Of a stretch of DNA of 64,000 nucleotides, positions 36,101 through 48,166 are shown in pieces. This DNA comes from Babesia bigemina (Eukaryota): positions 1,736,001 through 1,800,000 of the forward strand of contig NC_027217.1 of the NCBI RefSeq assembly GCF_000981445.1, read 5' to 3'. The first letter of the stretch is position 1; each line of letters starts with the position of its first letter. Both the position numbers and the translations under genes were made by a program. The notes below the pieces were generated by a model. The model did no database searches, had not been told where the DNA came from, and worked only from the letters and a program-made list of their open reading frames with translations.

Positions 36101-38998
36101 ATGGGCGCCCTAGCACCGCGTTCCAAAGCTATTTCGTGTTTTACACGGTTTCTAGTAGCCCGTGGGTTCAACCATAATGCTAGGCAGTTACAAGGAACCC
36201 GTAGCAGCGCTGCCGAGGCTAACGTGCCTTCGGGCACATTTGAACATCGCAAAAATGAACGTACCACCCATCTGCACTTCAAAACAAACGTCCTTGATAC
36301 ACCAAGAGACAAGATTATGCGGCAGATTATCCGAAGACGCAGACAGGCCAACACTGCGAAACACGATGAAGACGGTAGCCTCTACGCATTGGCGGAAGCA
36401 TATCTGGATGCTGAACACGAGATGCTCGCCGCGGCTCCATCTCAAGATGCCGTACTTAGGCATAAAATATCGCAAGTTCTGCAGCAAAGGTTCAATTATA
36501 ACCCAATCCAACCATTTACAATGAACCATGGCCCTGATAGCAATATCGCAGTAGAACCTCAGGAAGGAAGTACATCACCGAAAAGTCGCAAACTGCATAC
36601 AAATAAAGTTACAGATGAGGGAAATGGCGACTGTTCCGATTTGCCTGGAGACAACAACGAACATAATGCAACAACTTCAGGCAACGCATCAGAAGACGGA
36701 ACTGAACATCGCGATACGGAGAAAATCACGCACCCTAATGATCCCAAACACACCATAACCGACTTGAAAAACATGGCTCTGCGCAACGGAACAATACTAA
36801 AAATAGACCTGTCTTCTGTTACAGCTGCAGATGCGAACCAAGGTATGGAGGATGTCTTCGATGCACTCGGCTCATTGAGGCTGAATCAAGAGATGTTGCG
36901 CCTCTGGACGGATCAAAAAGCGATGGATGTTGTGTACTTCAATGATTCTATTTTACCGATTCTGTCCACAAGCGCCGAAGAGGAATACTTCCACATCAGG
37001 AACAAGGCTGCACTGATCAACAAATCGTACGCCTTGCCAATCATGGTTACTGGAAAGGATGCATCCGACTTTATGGAGCACTTCGCAACGTGCTCTTTGA
37101 GGAGTATGAAAAGGGGAATGGTGCAATACACCGCTTTGGTCGACACAAAGGGGAGCGTGATGGATATGGCGTACGTAGCGGCCTATGAAAACTCCTATCT
37201 CCTGGTAACAAACGGTCTACAGAAACGCAATCTGTTTGATTACATGTCTGCGTATCAGATGTCTTGTAAGAGATCTGGAATGGACGTCGCCCTCAGACCG
37301 CTTCTCTCTTCCGTCCTCATCAGCTTTCAGGGGCCTAGTTCAGTAGACATTCTGCAGGCAATTGCAAAGAACGATAGTGAAAACGCAACACAACAAACGG
37401 ACGAAGATGTCTTTGAGCAGCAAGGGCAGTCCAACTACGCAGAAACACAGGATGGCTGCACCATTAAGGTGCCATCAACATTGCCGCCATTCATGCGCTG
37501 TTTCGAGTGCGAATTAACGCTCCCGTGCACCGATAAAGCTGCACCAATGCCAAATAAAACGTATCCTATACACTGTTTGAGGGTGAGCGATGTAGGAGAA
37601 GATGGTTTCGAGATGCTCGTCAGCTCAGATGTGGCGGTACCTCTGCTGAGGTGAGTGGTGGTTGGGCCGGTACAGCTTTGACGCTCATTTTGCAGGAGTG
37701 CTCGATGTATTGTGTACTATTAAAGTGCTGTATTTTACACTATGCAGTGAGCTTCCACATGTTAGTATGAACACCTCTGGCGATATCCATGTCCCATACT
37801 TGCTTTTCTCAGTCGTAACAATTTCCAGGCTACTAAAAGGCCACCCGGAAGTCGTTTACGCAGGCTTCGAGGCCTACGAATCGGCGAGAATGGAAGCCGG
37901 TATCATACGTTCCGACGTGGACCTTCCGACCGAGTCGTCGCCGATACAGGCTGCAGTAACGTGGTCGGTCGACACGAACAAGCTACGATCGGGGTCGCTT
38001 TTCGGGAGGAAACACATGACGTCGCAGCTCATCAACGGCGTTGCCAAGGTGTAAGTGCCGTCATTCTTAATATCACGGGCATTACTGACAGGCGCGTGGG
38101 ACTCATTGCGAACGAGCGAGTCGACACGAACTGCAACATACTAAACGGGGACACAAGGAAGCCAATCGGTGTGTTTGCGAGGCAGCGAATGCTCATAATC
38201 TGCAGGGTTTGTCACATCATGCTCGTGGAGCTACGGGCTTAAAATGTACTTGGCTCAGGCGTATGTGAACGCCGAGTACGCCAGGCACGATATGGTAAGC
38301 AGACGAACCACGGATTTAATGAGCGTCAGCCCGTGCTGCTCAGCTTACCGCTGAAGCCTGAAGCGCCGGTGACAAAACGGGAATTCCGGAAGTACTATCG
38401 CAACAAGACACGCAGGACCATCATCCGGGGAACAGTCGTGCGCCTCCCCTTTGTGCTGCACAACTACCCGATCAGCGCAAGCGAGAAGCACTACGTTGGA
38501 GGCAGGCACGTGCCGCTGCAAACGCTTAAAAAGCAGCCGGCATCAAAAGCGAACGGCGAAGCACGGCCAATGCCTGGTCACACGTCGGACCGTTCGCCGC
38601 CTTCCTACGACACTGCATTGGTAGCAGAGAACCGAGTTGGCACCACTGGATCGTCTGACAGTCCAGCCGCGCTAACGGAAACATCGCAACAACCTGCGCG
38701 GCTCAAGACACGCAAACAGCTCTGGAAGGAAGTGGTAAACAAGCAGCGCAGCAAAAACGCCAAAACGCTGGAGATGGCGCTTACGCAGGTGGAGAAAGCG
38801 ACGGTGGGCGCCTGCGTAGACCAGCCGCTGGATGGAGAAACGTGCACAGAGCAGATGCCGCTGCCAACCCAGCGCATCAACATAACGCCCCGTGCTGCCG
38901 TCCCGCTCGAAAAGACCGTCGAGTATTACCGGGAGCTGCACAGCAAGCCAGTGCCTGCGCGACACCGCCGCTACCGTCCGCCAATGGCGGCGGGATGA
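36101..38998 (+). CDS. Glycine cleavage T-protein (aminomethyltransferase)-like, 5 exons
   Basis: Exons 36101-37650, 37829-38050, 38092-38168, 38206-38294 and 38330-38998, all with GT-AG junctions in frame. Motifs: VTGKDASDFME, QYTALVDTKGSVMD, ISFQGPSS, GEDGFEM, AGFEAYESARMEAG, IGFVTSCSWS.GL..YLAQAYV, VVRLPFV. Confidence 0.85.
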
Positions 38999-39306
38999 AG
39001 CCACACCGCTAAATGTGTAGACACGCGCCCGGCCGCAGGCGGTGAAGACACACGGCCCGGAGCCACGGACATGTCCAACCCATCTGTAATTGCACACACT
39101 TGCAAATACACACCAGCTATCGCTTGTTGCGGGTACACATTCGCTGTCTGGCTCGGCGAAGCGCGAAGTGTAGGGTGCCGAGCAAGGCGTCCAGGCAACT
39201 GCATCAACCGCGGCGTTCACAGCAAGCTTTGAAGCTCTACACATCGCAACCTAAAACCGTGTCTTTGGCAAGTTTATGAGCTGAAAGACACCGACACATC
39301 GGCAGA

Positions 39307-42117
39307 ATGGTAGCGCAAGCTATCCTCCGGCCAACAGGCCGTCTCACGCCGGTAGGCTTCGGAATGGCGCTCCTACTCCTCTTGTTTGCATTAATCTACC
39401 GTGCTGAGGCGCAGCACGCCACGATCGGCGTCGACTGGGGTGAGGAGTACGTTGAGGTGGCCATCGCTTTCCGCGGCCATAAACCGGATATTCTGCTCAA
39501 CGACACTGGCAGCAGGAAATTCGTCAATGCAGTATACCTGGACGACAAGACGCGGTTCTTCGACCAGAAGGCTGCGGCGAACGTTGTCAAGAATCCGAGC
39601 AAAACCGTGCACAAGTCGGCGCACATCCTGGGTCTGCCGGTGAGCGTGGACGGGGCACAGGAGGTAACTCCCGTCCCCAAGGAACAGGTCCTCGGCATCT
39701 TCAACGACAAAGGATTCGTTTTCGACTGGGACTACGCCCCGTATGAGTTCGGCGCGGATGGTGCCGGACAGCTGTACCTCAAAATCACCAAAGAGGGCAT
39801 GGTCAAGGTTGAAGAAGTGGCGGGACACTTTTTCGACTACATCAAAGGGATCGTCACTAACAAACTGGTGGCATCCAAGGTCATCGAAGCGGCAGAGACC
39901 GACATATCAATCATGGCGGTGGTGACCATTCCGTGCAACTACACGCAACACCAGCGGAAGGCCATCATTTTCGCCGCTGAGAGCGCCGGGATAACGGTGG
40001 CAGGCTTGGTGCACGGAATAACCGCCGCGTCTATCGTCCGAGCGTTCGAGCAGGAACCGGGGACGAAGAAGGTGCTGTTCTACGACCTGGGCAGCTCCGG
40101 CGCCAACGTCGGTGTCGTCGAAATCAATGTGCCAGAGAAAGACCGCAAGAAGTCGAAAGGCATATCTGACACCCAGATCACAATGTTGTCCTGTGTGACA
40201 CTGCAGGGCGTGGGCGGCAGGCATCACGATGTGGCGCTGGCACAGCACCTGCGTGCCATTTTTGAAAAGAAAACCAAGATCGAGCTCATGCCACAACACC
40301 CGAACGCGCTGCAGAAGTTGTTGAAAGCCGCTAACAAGGCCAAAATTGCACTCACGATATCTGGCGCCACAAACGTAGCCATAGACGGACTCATCAGGAA
40401 TGTAGACTTCACAAGTGAAACGGTTACGAGGCAGACATTCACCGAGCTCATCAGCGGCTCCATAGCCCAACTCGAGAACCCCGTCAAAAGGGCGTTGGAG
40501 TTGGCCGGCGATTTGAAACTGGAGGAGCTGGATGGCGTGGAGCTGGTTGGAGGCAGCTGGAGGGTGCCGGCGGTCCAGGAGAAGCTGACCGAGATCCTCA
40601 AGCCACACCCACTCGGCTTCCACCTCAACGCAGAGGAGGCAATGGCGATGGGAGCGGGTTACCTCGCCGCGGTACACAACCGTTTCTTCAAAATGAAAAG
40701 CGCGAACGTGGCGGAAAACAGCCTGCACCTATACGCCATCAGGATCTTCTCCATCGACTCCACGCACCCGGACGCCATGGAGAAGAGCTCCCCGCTCTTC
40801 AAACCAGACAGCAAACTGCAGGGCTCTAAAAGTGTCGTTTTCAAGACCAATCTCGACTTCCAGCTGGACCTGACGGAGAACGGCGACCTCATTACCACCT
40901 ATCGCATCACTGGCATTACTGAGGTAATGAGCAAGGAGGAAAACAAGGGCAAGGTCGCCCAAATCACGATGGTGTTTGGCGCCAATGCCACAGGAGTCAT
41001 TGAGCTCTCAAGGAAAAGCGCAGTCATTGTCGAGGTTGCCGCCGATGACGCAAGCAACGCCAGCCAGCCAGCTGCAGAGGGAACCGCCGAAGAAGCCGGC
41101 GAGCGCGCTGCCAATGCCGAACAGGCAAAAGAAGCCCAGGAATCCAAAGAACATGATAAAGCGGATTCTGCAAAGGAGGAACAGGCTGCGGAACCGGAGA
41201 GCAAGGAATCAAGCGACGCTGAGCAGACTACGGAATCCGGTAGCGAAGATCAGGGTAACCGGGAAAACAAAAAATCCGACGACAAAGCAGAAGCAGGCAA
41301 GGAAGCTGACGGCAAAGCGGAGGACAAGAAGCCTGCAGCGCCCGCGGCGTTCGAGCTCCATACTGAGGTAATCAACAGACACAGCTCCTTCGCCCCGGAG
41401 AAGGTCGAGGAAGCGATTGCGGGAATCAAGGCCCGCAACCAACGCGATATGGACATTGCGAGGCTGTCGGAAAGGAAGAACTCGCTGGAGTCGCTCATTT
41501 ACAAGTACAAGAGCGCGGCGAGGAAGACGGAGTTCCAGGAGGCGTGCGATGAGGCGACCCTGGCCACCATCAACGCGCTGCTGAAGGAATACGAGGATTG
41601 GTTTGACGAGGATTCGTACGATGCCACCCTGGAGCAGTTCGAGGAGCGCATTTCCAAACTCGAGGAGGTATCCACGCCCGTGTACCAGAGGTGGTCGGAC
41701 AACGAGGCCCGCCCCACGCTCATCGCATCCACCAACAAGTCCATAGCGAAGCTGATGCAGAAGTTCGACGAGCTGCTGGAGAAAAAACCGTACATCGCCG
41801 AGGAGAGCGAGATGGTCGACAGGTTCAAGAGCGTGCAGACGTGGTGGGAGGAGGTCCAAAAGCAACAGGAGGCCCTGAAACCCAGCGAGGAGCCCGCGTT
41901 CACCGCAGCGTCGATCAAGGTGCGCATGGAGATCGCGAAGCAGGTGCTGGCGTCGCTCCAGAAGGTGCCGAAGCCCAAGCCGGCCGCGGAGGAGAAAACG
42001 CCAGAGGAGGCCAAGGAGGCGGAGCCGACGGCGGAAGAGGGCGCGCAATCACCCGAGGAGGAGCAGCCCGCGGACGAAAAGGAAGAACCAGAACAGACGC
42101 CAACCGACGAGCTGTAG
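39307..42117 (+). CDS. ER-lumenal large HSP70 (GRP170/HYOU1/Lhs1-type), 936 aa
   Basis: Signal peptide; IGVDWG; FYDLGSS; VELVGGSWRVPAVQ; HLNAEEAMAMGA; acidic insertion; KNSLESLIY; C-terminal TDEL ER-retention motif. Confidence 0.92.
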   Translation: MVAQAILRPTGRLTPVGFGMALLLLLFALIYRAEAQHATIGVDWGEEYVEVAIAFRGHKPDILLNDTGSRKFVNAVYLDDKTRFFDQKAAANVVKNPSKTVHKSAHILGLPVSVDGAQEVTPVPKEQVLGIFNDKGFVFDWDYAPYEFGADGAGQLYLKITKEGMVKVEEVAGHFFDYIKGIVTNKLVASKVIEAAETDISIMAVVTIPCNYTQHQRKAIIFAAESAGITVAGLVHGITAASIVRAFEQEPGTKKVLFYDLGSSGANVGVVEINVPEKDRKKSKGISDTQITMLSCVTLQGVGGRHHDVALAQHLRAIFEKKTKIELMPQHPNALQKLLKAANKAKIALTISGATNVAIDGLIRNVDFTSETVTRQTFTELISGSIAQLENPVKRALELAGDLKLEELDGVELVGGSWRVPAVQEKLTEILKPHPLGFHLNAEEAMAMGAGYLAAVHNRFFKMKSANVAENSLHLYAIRIFSIDSTHPDAMEKSSPLFKPDSKLQGSKSVVFKTNLDFQLDLTENGDLITTYRITGITEVMSKEENKGKVAQITMVFGANATGVIELSRKSAVIVEVAADDASNASQPAAEGTAEEAGERAANAEQAKEAQESKEHDKADSAKEEQAAEPESKESSDAEQTTESGSEDQGNRENKKSDDKAEAGKEADGKAEDKKPAAPAAFELHTEVINRHSSFAPEKVEEAIAGIKARNQRDMDIARLSERKNSLESLIYKYKSAARKTEFQEACDEATLATINALLKEYEDWFDEDSYDATLEQFEERISKLEEVSTPVYQRWSDNEARPTLIASTNKSIAKLMQKFDELLEKKPYIAEESEMVDRFKSVQTWWEEVQKQQEALKPSEEPAFTAASIKVRMEIAKQVLASLQKVPKPKPAAEEKTPEEAKEAEPTAEEGAQSPEEEQPADEKEEPEQTPTDEL

Positions 42118-42204
42118 GCCCCCGCACCTAGCCGGAACGCACACTTAAAACACTATATAGATGTATTTCATTAGACAGCAAGTTGCGCTTCACGCGGCGA
42201 CGCC

Positions 42205-44142
42205 TCATTTTGGCTGATGCATCTGGGCGCCGGACCCGGGCCCAAGTGGCATCCACTGCGCCACGTTGTGCACGTTCTCCGTGACCTGGGAGGAGTTCGA
42301 GTGGTTGCCGTCCAATGCGCTGGTGCTGGTGTCGCTCCCAGAGGCCTCACGCGCACCGTCCAGGTTCATGAAGGCGTTGTCCGGCAGGAAGCACGCGTTG
42401 GCGCTGGGTTCCTCCATCTGGGTCACCGGGAAACCCACGCCCTGGTTCTGCGACGGGAAGCACGGCGCTTCCGTCTGTTGGATGATGCGATTTTGTGGGT
42501 TCGTCCGATTGTGGTAGCGCAAGTTGCGCAGAATGTGGTTCCTCGAGGGGGTGTTCAGGATGAGCCGTAGGTAGGCGATGCCGTCGTTGGTCGACCCGGG
42601 ACACGGCTCCTCGACGTGCGAGCCGTACATCATGTGCGAATTGGTGTCCTCCCCGTACATGGAGTCCCACTGCTGCCTTCCGAACAAGGAATCGAGGTCA
42701 AACGAGCTCTGCAGAGTGGATGCCTCCTCCGACGGCATCTCCTGGTTCGTCTCGGGAAGGAAGACGGGGCTGCTGCGACGACCTGACGATAAGGTGTGTA
42801 CCGACTCGCCGCCCTCTCTGCTCATGGGGCTGCTGCCTCCGAAGTGCATCATAAACTCCTGGCTGTACACGTCGCCCGTGGTGCCCATGGACTCGTCCGT
42901 GTTCTGCGGCGTGGACCCGACGGGAGTTGTTTCCATCATCGAGACCACAGGGGTGGCGGACTCGCTCATGACGACTGGTAGGCTCATCATGTTGCAGAAG
43001 TTGAAGCTGCCCAGCACAGGCGGGATGTCGACGCAGCCGGCCGCGAACTTGATGGTGGGGTCCACCGTCAACTCGATCAGGCTGCGGCCAACCTGGACGG
43101 CCACGGTCTCCGACGCCGTGATCGGCGTAGGGCGACGCAGAGCCACCAAGGTCCCGAACTTGGAGTCGTGGTCCTCGAGGTAAAAGGTGTCATTCTCGTA
43201 CAGGATGGTCGCATGGTTGCGCGATATCGAGACGTCCGCGATGCGCACCGAGGCGTCGTGGCCGCGGCCGAGGCGAACGAAGTCGGAATCTTGAACGCTG
43301 ATGAAATGCATGCCCTTGTTGGCGTGCGGCGTCACGTTTTCGAGAAGTATGAAGGGGCACGACATGTTCGGCATCATCACCAGAGGAATGAGCTCGCCCT
43401 TGACACGAACAAATGGGGGAAGACGAGCCTTGCACAATTCACAAGTGGACTCACACAACAGCGCGGCTTTTAGCGGTTGATCACTCTCCTTGCTGTCCTT
43501 CATGGCACGGAGGTGTATCCATCGGCGCATGCACTCCGCGTGGACGTACTTGATGGAACCCTTGCACTCACACGGGCATAGCAACTTGTCGTCGTCCGTG
43601 CTCTCCGACAGACAGATACGGCACTGCATCATGCTGCCATCGGGCACAGGCAGCTCCAGCTCCGGCACGGGGAAGTCCAGCAGGGTGGACACGTCGAACC
43701 CTGCCAACGCATTCTTGGGCACGATCTTCTTGACGCGCAGACGATAGCGACCCAGCTTGATGACGTCGTGCTCTTGCAATGCATACCTCTTGTTCGGCAA
43801 CGCGCGCACTACCAGCCACAGGCGCTGTGGGATGAGCGATTGCCCCGGCACTCGTTCCGCAGGGGCCAATGTGTACTCACCGGGGCGACGGCAGAAGACG
43901 CTGAGCAGATGGTCGCGCTCTCGCTCGCCGTTGGTCGCATCTGTCTGGGACAGCGCAGTCACTGGCGAGACCGTGGACTCAGTACGCAGAAGTCGGAAGC
44001 TGTTGGATGCAGCGAAGTGGCGCTCCGCTAGCTGCTTCGGGTCCTGTGTCTCGTAGTCGAACAGATCATGGCTGTCGCGCGTCCACGTTCGCGTGCAGAC
44101 GCGCAGCATGGGTACAACCAATTCGGCTCCGGATACGTACAT
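42205..44142 (-). CDS. FHA + RING-variant (C4HC3) domain protein, putative E3 ligase, 645 aa
   Basis: RINGv: CRICLSE...LLCPCECKGSIKYVHAECMRRWI...CELCK. FHA: LGRGH...IADVSISRNHA...DHDSKFGT. A second, degenerate FHA-like stretch lies upstream (DVIKLGRYRLRVK). The C-terminus is low-complexity. Confidence 0.9.
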   Translation of the reverse strand: MYVSGAELVVPMLRVCTRTWTRDSHDLFDYETQDPKQLAERHFAASNSFRLLRTESTVSPVTALSQTDATNGERERDHLLSVFCRRPGEYTLAPAERVPGQSLIPQRLWLVVRALPNKRYALQEHDVIKLGRYRLRVKKIVPKNALAGFDVSTLLDFPVPELELPVPDGSMMQCRICLSESTDDDKLLCPCECKGSIKYVHAECMRRWIHLRAMKDSKESDQPLKAALLCESTCELCKARLPPFVRVKGELIPLVMMPNMSCPFILLENVTPHANKGMHFISVQDSDFVRLGRGHDASVRIADVSISRNHATILYENDTFYLEDHDSKFGTLVALRRPTPITASETVAVQVGRSLIELTVDPTIKFAAGCVDIPPVLGSFNFCNMMSLPVVMSESATPVVSMMETTPVGSTPQNTDESMGTTGDVYSQEFMMHFGGSSPMSREGGESVHTLSSGRRSSPVFLPETNQEMPSEEASTLQSSFDLDSLFGRQQWDSMYGEDTNSHMMYGSHVEEPCPGSTNDGIAYLRLILNTPSRNHILRNLRYHNRTNPQNRIIQQTEAPCFPSQNQGVGFPVTQMEEPSANACFLPDNAFMNLDGAREASGSDTSTSALDGNHSNSSQVTENVHNVAQWMPLGPGSGAQMHQPK

Positions 44143-46608
44143 CCTGTCGGCAATTCTGAAACGACGTCTTTAGCTATATCATGCCATCCACTGCGTGCAA
44201 CCAAGAGCTTCCTGAAAAGCTGTCAGCAAAATGAAACCAAAAACGCAAGTCACAACGACTAAATGTAGCATAAAAAGTGTTGCGGGACGTGTTGATGCCG
44301 TTTGAAGCGTCTCAGGTCGACGCGAATAAAACAACGCCAGGCAGTAACGGCAAAGATACACGACACAGAAACAGCTGCATTCACAATTGAATATAAATTT
44401 GGGGCACGAACGACTAAAAATTGGCACAGGCGTGGAAAGAGCGAGACCGAAAAAGCACCGCGTCAAAAATTCAGCAACGCAACGGAGACCCAATCGCGCT
44501 CGTGCTCTAAAAGAGCAGAAAATTCCTCGCAACTGCGAAACCACGTACCACAGCGTCCAGTGAGCATGAAAAGCGCAACGTGATTCACGGAGCGACAACC
44601 AGCGGATCACGAAGCTAGCGAGCACGTAGAACCGAGGTAACGAGCGACAAACCGGCGCATCCACACGTATCGAACGACATCGCGCGCAAGAACCGCCACA
44701 AAAAAATCAGCAACAGATTGTCCATCAACGGCAACGAAATATGCGTTGCTGTAATAGGCCATGCAGCGGTTGTACGATGCCCTCAGCTCGCGACGCGTCG
44801 AATACGCTGGATTCAATACATGTTGACATGCTGGGTTACCGAGAGCACGCTCACCATAATCACGCAACCAACACATTAATAAACGCCACAATTGCCGTTA
44901 GATGCCATAGCGAGACGTCATCCGCCGCCGACTTGCCCTAACAGCTACGGCAGGCGGCCCCGCACACTTACAACCACAGCTCACGCCAGTCCACCTACCT
45001 CCACTGAGAGTCCTGCGATTCCTAGCAACGTAAAACAATCACCAGTTTGGTGAAGGCTTGTAAATGCCCAGCTCTGTCGAGTCGATGATACACATCCAGC
45101 TACACCTCGCACGCACTGCAGCACAAGCGTGGAACGACGTCGATGCTGCACTGGGCAGCGACGGCAAAATCAAGCGTTGTACACACTTTTGTTTGCACTC
45201 ATATAGTTTTATATAACCTGTTTATTTATATGACCAGTACAAACTGATATCGCGTACAGCAGCGTAGCCGATCCAGGCATATGTCAGCAACTGACGGCAC
45301 CAACCTCCGAGTGCCTCTTAAATTACCGGTTATACAAACGCATACGTCGCTAATACAAAGCATTATATTTAAACATCATTAATTCAGGAGATTTTGCGCA
45401 TGCACGTCAACTGAGGGGACGAGAAAGTAGCTACTGGAAATTGCGGGTCAACTTTACCCATGAATGTGATCGCGCAAGTGTGCTTTTCCCGTCAAAATAA
45501 GTATGTTCTAAGGGCTGATTGCGTGTTATGACGCGTCTCGTTACAACCAGCGCAACTGCTGGCAAAGCATTTCCGGGCTCACGAATGCCAGACCAAATTT
45601 ATGATACTAACTACGCTTCAGTTAGCAAAACGATTATACGGTGATACTGGAAGGTCGATTATTTGGCGTTTAAGCGTCCCTCACGCCCATATATCGGTAT
45701 CCTGTCGCACGCGCCTCCAAATTTCTGTTTTTGGAACTATTTATAGCGAACGAAATTGCGGAATATTCGTAGCTGCATTAGTGATAATCACCAGCAGTGA
45801 AATGTATGCGGAGTTAACTTTTCTGTGGTATCAATGGCTGAACTTTTCGGCAGTTGGTATGATCCGGCGGTCGAAAAATCTCTGCAGCCTTTCTCTGTAC
45901 CCGATGATTCAGATGAAAGCGTAGATTCGTTACTGTGTTCACGGAAAAAATTTACGGCTTTGTAAGCGTAGCGATGTGTCACGGTACACTACTATAGCTA
46001 GCGCCCCTGGAGCGCAGGTCATACGTGTGTGATGATCGTGCGAGCGTCAGTTACATTGAAAGCATTTCGCGAAATGCGATATTGGCTGTGTGAGTCTCCA
46101 GGACTGTCAAAAAGCTCCTTCATCACGCCCCATCTTCGGCGTTGTTGACGCGGCAATGCGTCGACGATTCACAGCGTCATGAAACGGCCGCTGCTTTCAT
46201 AGCCCCGTTCACGTATACGCTATCTCGTGAGGTGATATATTTCTGAGCGGCGTGGAGGCAGTTATCTTGGAACACTTGTAACACACGAGGGCGCTGTATC
46301 TGTTTCGGTCGCTTCTGTTTTCCACGAATAAGCGGCATCATATCGCAGACAGTCTATTTATAAGGCTGTATAGCGCAACGTTGTAATATAGTTGGCTGAG
46401 AACAACCGTATTAGACTAGGTAAATCCTTGAGTGTTCGGCATTTGGAAGCACGGCAAAGCAGCTTAATAATCGACACAAAAGTCAAAACGTACATCGCAA
46501 TGGTAGTCTGTGGAAAAATTTGAGTAAACTGGTGGACTCTTACATATTTGAATAGTGACCAAGTCGTTGGTATAATTTCGGATACAGCAGCTGCGGAATA
46601 CAATCAAG

Positions 46609-47791
46609 ATGTCGCGAACGAACGCAGGCATCGCCGGAGTAACGGGCGTTGGGGTGTTTGGTGCTGCCGTGCTATACGCGTCCACGCAGTATCCCTCCTT
46701 CAGGAGGCAGCTCGTCCGGTTGGGGATATGCGACGCTGATCCCCTCGCCGACACTCTGGAACCGCTTCTGAGGTGGGTCGCAATGGGAATGCGACGCATA
46801 GACATCGTCTCTGTGGATGACCTGTCGAATCGGCAGCTCACGTGCATCATGGAGCTCGCTGGGTATTTCAAGGAAAAGGTATCGCAAAAGCAGAGCTGCG
46901 AGCTGCTGCAGAACAAGATCATGGTCACGCTTTTCCATGAAGCCAGCACACGTACGAGGTGTTCATTCGAGGCGGCGATGCTCAGACTCGGCGGGAAGGT
47001 CGTTTCAGTCACTGATCCTACCACCTCGTCGGCTGCCAAGGGCGAAACCATCGAGGATTCAGTAAGGGTGCTGTCCTCCTACGCCGATGTTTTGGTCCTG
47101 CGCCACCCCGAAAAAGGCTGCATGGAGAGAGTGCGTAGCCATGTCAAGGTCCCGCTGATCAACGCAGGCGACGGCAGCGGTGAGCACCCCAGCCAAGCAC
47201 TGCTCGACCTCTACACCATATCGACATTCTTCCCGATTCTCCAACGAAACAAGTCCCATACGCCTTTCACGATATGCTTCGTGGGTGACTTGAAGAACGG
47301 CAGGGCCGCGCATTCGTTGGCGAAGCTGCTGAGTCGGTTCAACGTCGTCATGCGTTACGTGGCGCCACCGCAGCTGCAGATGCCGACGCAGATACAGAGG
47401 GAGGTGGAAAACAACTTTGCCAAATATGTAAGTTTCGACCAAATGGCCCGCACAAAAGTCGCAGGAAATCCCGGACCTGCCATTCCCCAGACAAACGAGC
47501 TTCAGCGACATAGAGGACGGGTGCGAAGGCACAGACGTCATCTACGTCACGCGGCTGCAAAAGGAACGAATGAACAGCGAAGACGCTATGAAACTGAGGG
47601 GGTCATACAGCGTACAAAAGTCGCTAATCGCAAAGCTGCCACCGCACGTCAAGATAATGCATCCGCTTCCCAGGGTTGACGAACTCCCGCGCGATATCGA
47701 CGCCGACGGAAGGGCGGTCTATTTCGAGCAGGCCGAAAACGGGCTCTACGTCAGGATGGCCATGCTGTACCTCATCCTGAACGCCTCCTAA
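46609..47791 (+). CDS. ATC: Aspartate carbamoyltransferase, 2 exons
   Basis: FHEASTRTRCSFE, KGETIEDS, LRHP, INAGDGSGEHPSQALLD, VGDLKNGR. The 37 nt intron 47428-47464 (GTAAGT..CGCAG) restores DVIYVTRLQKER and MHPLPR...YFEQAENGLYVRMA. Confidence 0.96.
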
Positions 47792-48166
47792 TGAAGGGAG
47801 CGATGTCCAGAGACATACGCCAGGGTGGCGAGAGGGGCATGTGTAACGCACATGATTACTAACAGACACACAAACTGATCGTATAATTCACCGGTGCTGA
47901 ATTTATAAAGTCCTGAGCGGCATCTACCTGAACGGCGGGCTGTAATTGAGGCCGGCGGACTCGACATGGCTTCGTGGAAGGCAGGGCCGCGAGACTACAT
48001 CGGCGCTAAATGACGAGTACGCAAGATGACCATATGAAAGGTTCATGAAAGTGGTTCCAGCATTAAATTAAGTGTACGGGACGCTTGATTGACCTTGCTG
48101 CCAGGACACACCTCGTCGATGATGTAGCAGACAGTTCGTCACATCACCGCCGAATCAGGGTCGAAG

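Noticed and set aside
45833..45964. 43-codon ORF MAELFGSWYDPAVEK... in the divergent FHA-RING/ATC intergenic region
   Set aside because: No recognisable motif, and I could not build a consistent spliced extension.
47428..47679. Apparent frameshift splitting ATCase into two ORFs
   Set aside because: Fully explained by a canonical 37 nt intron.
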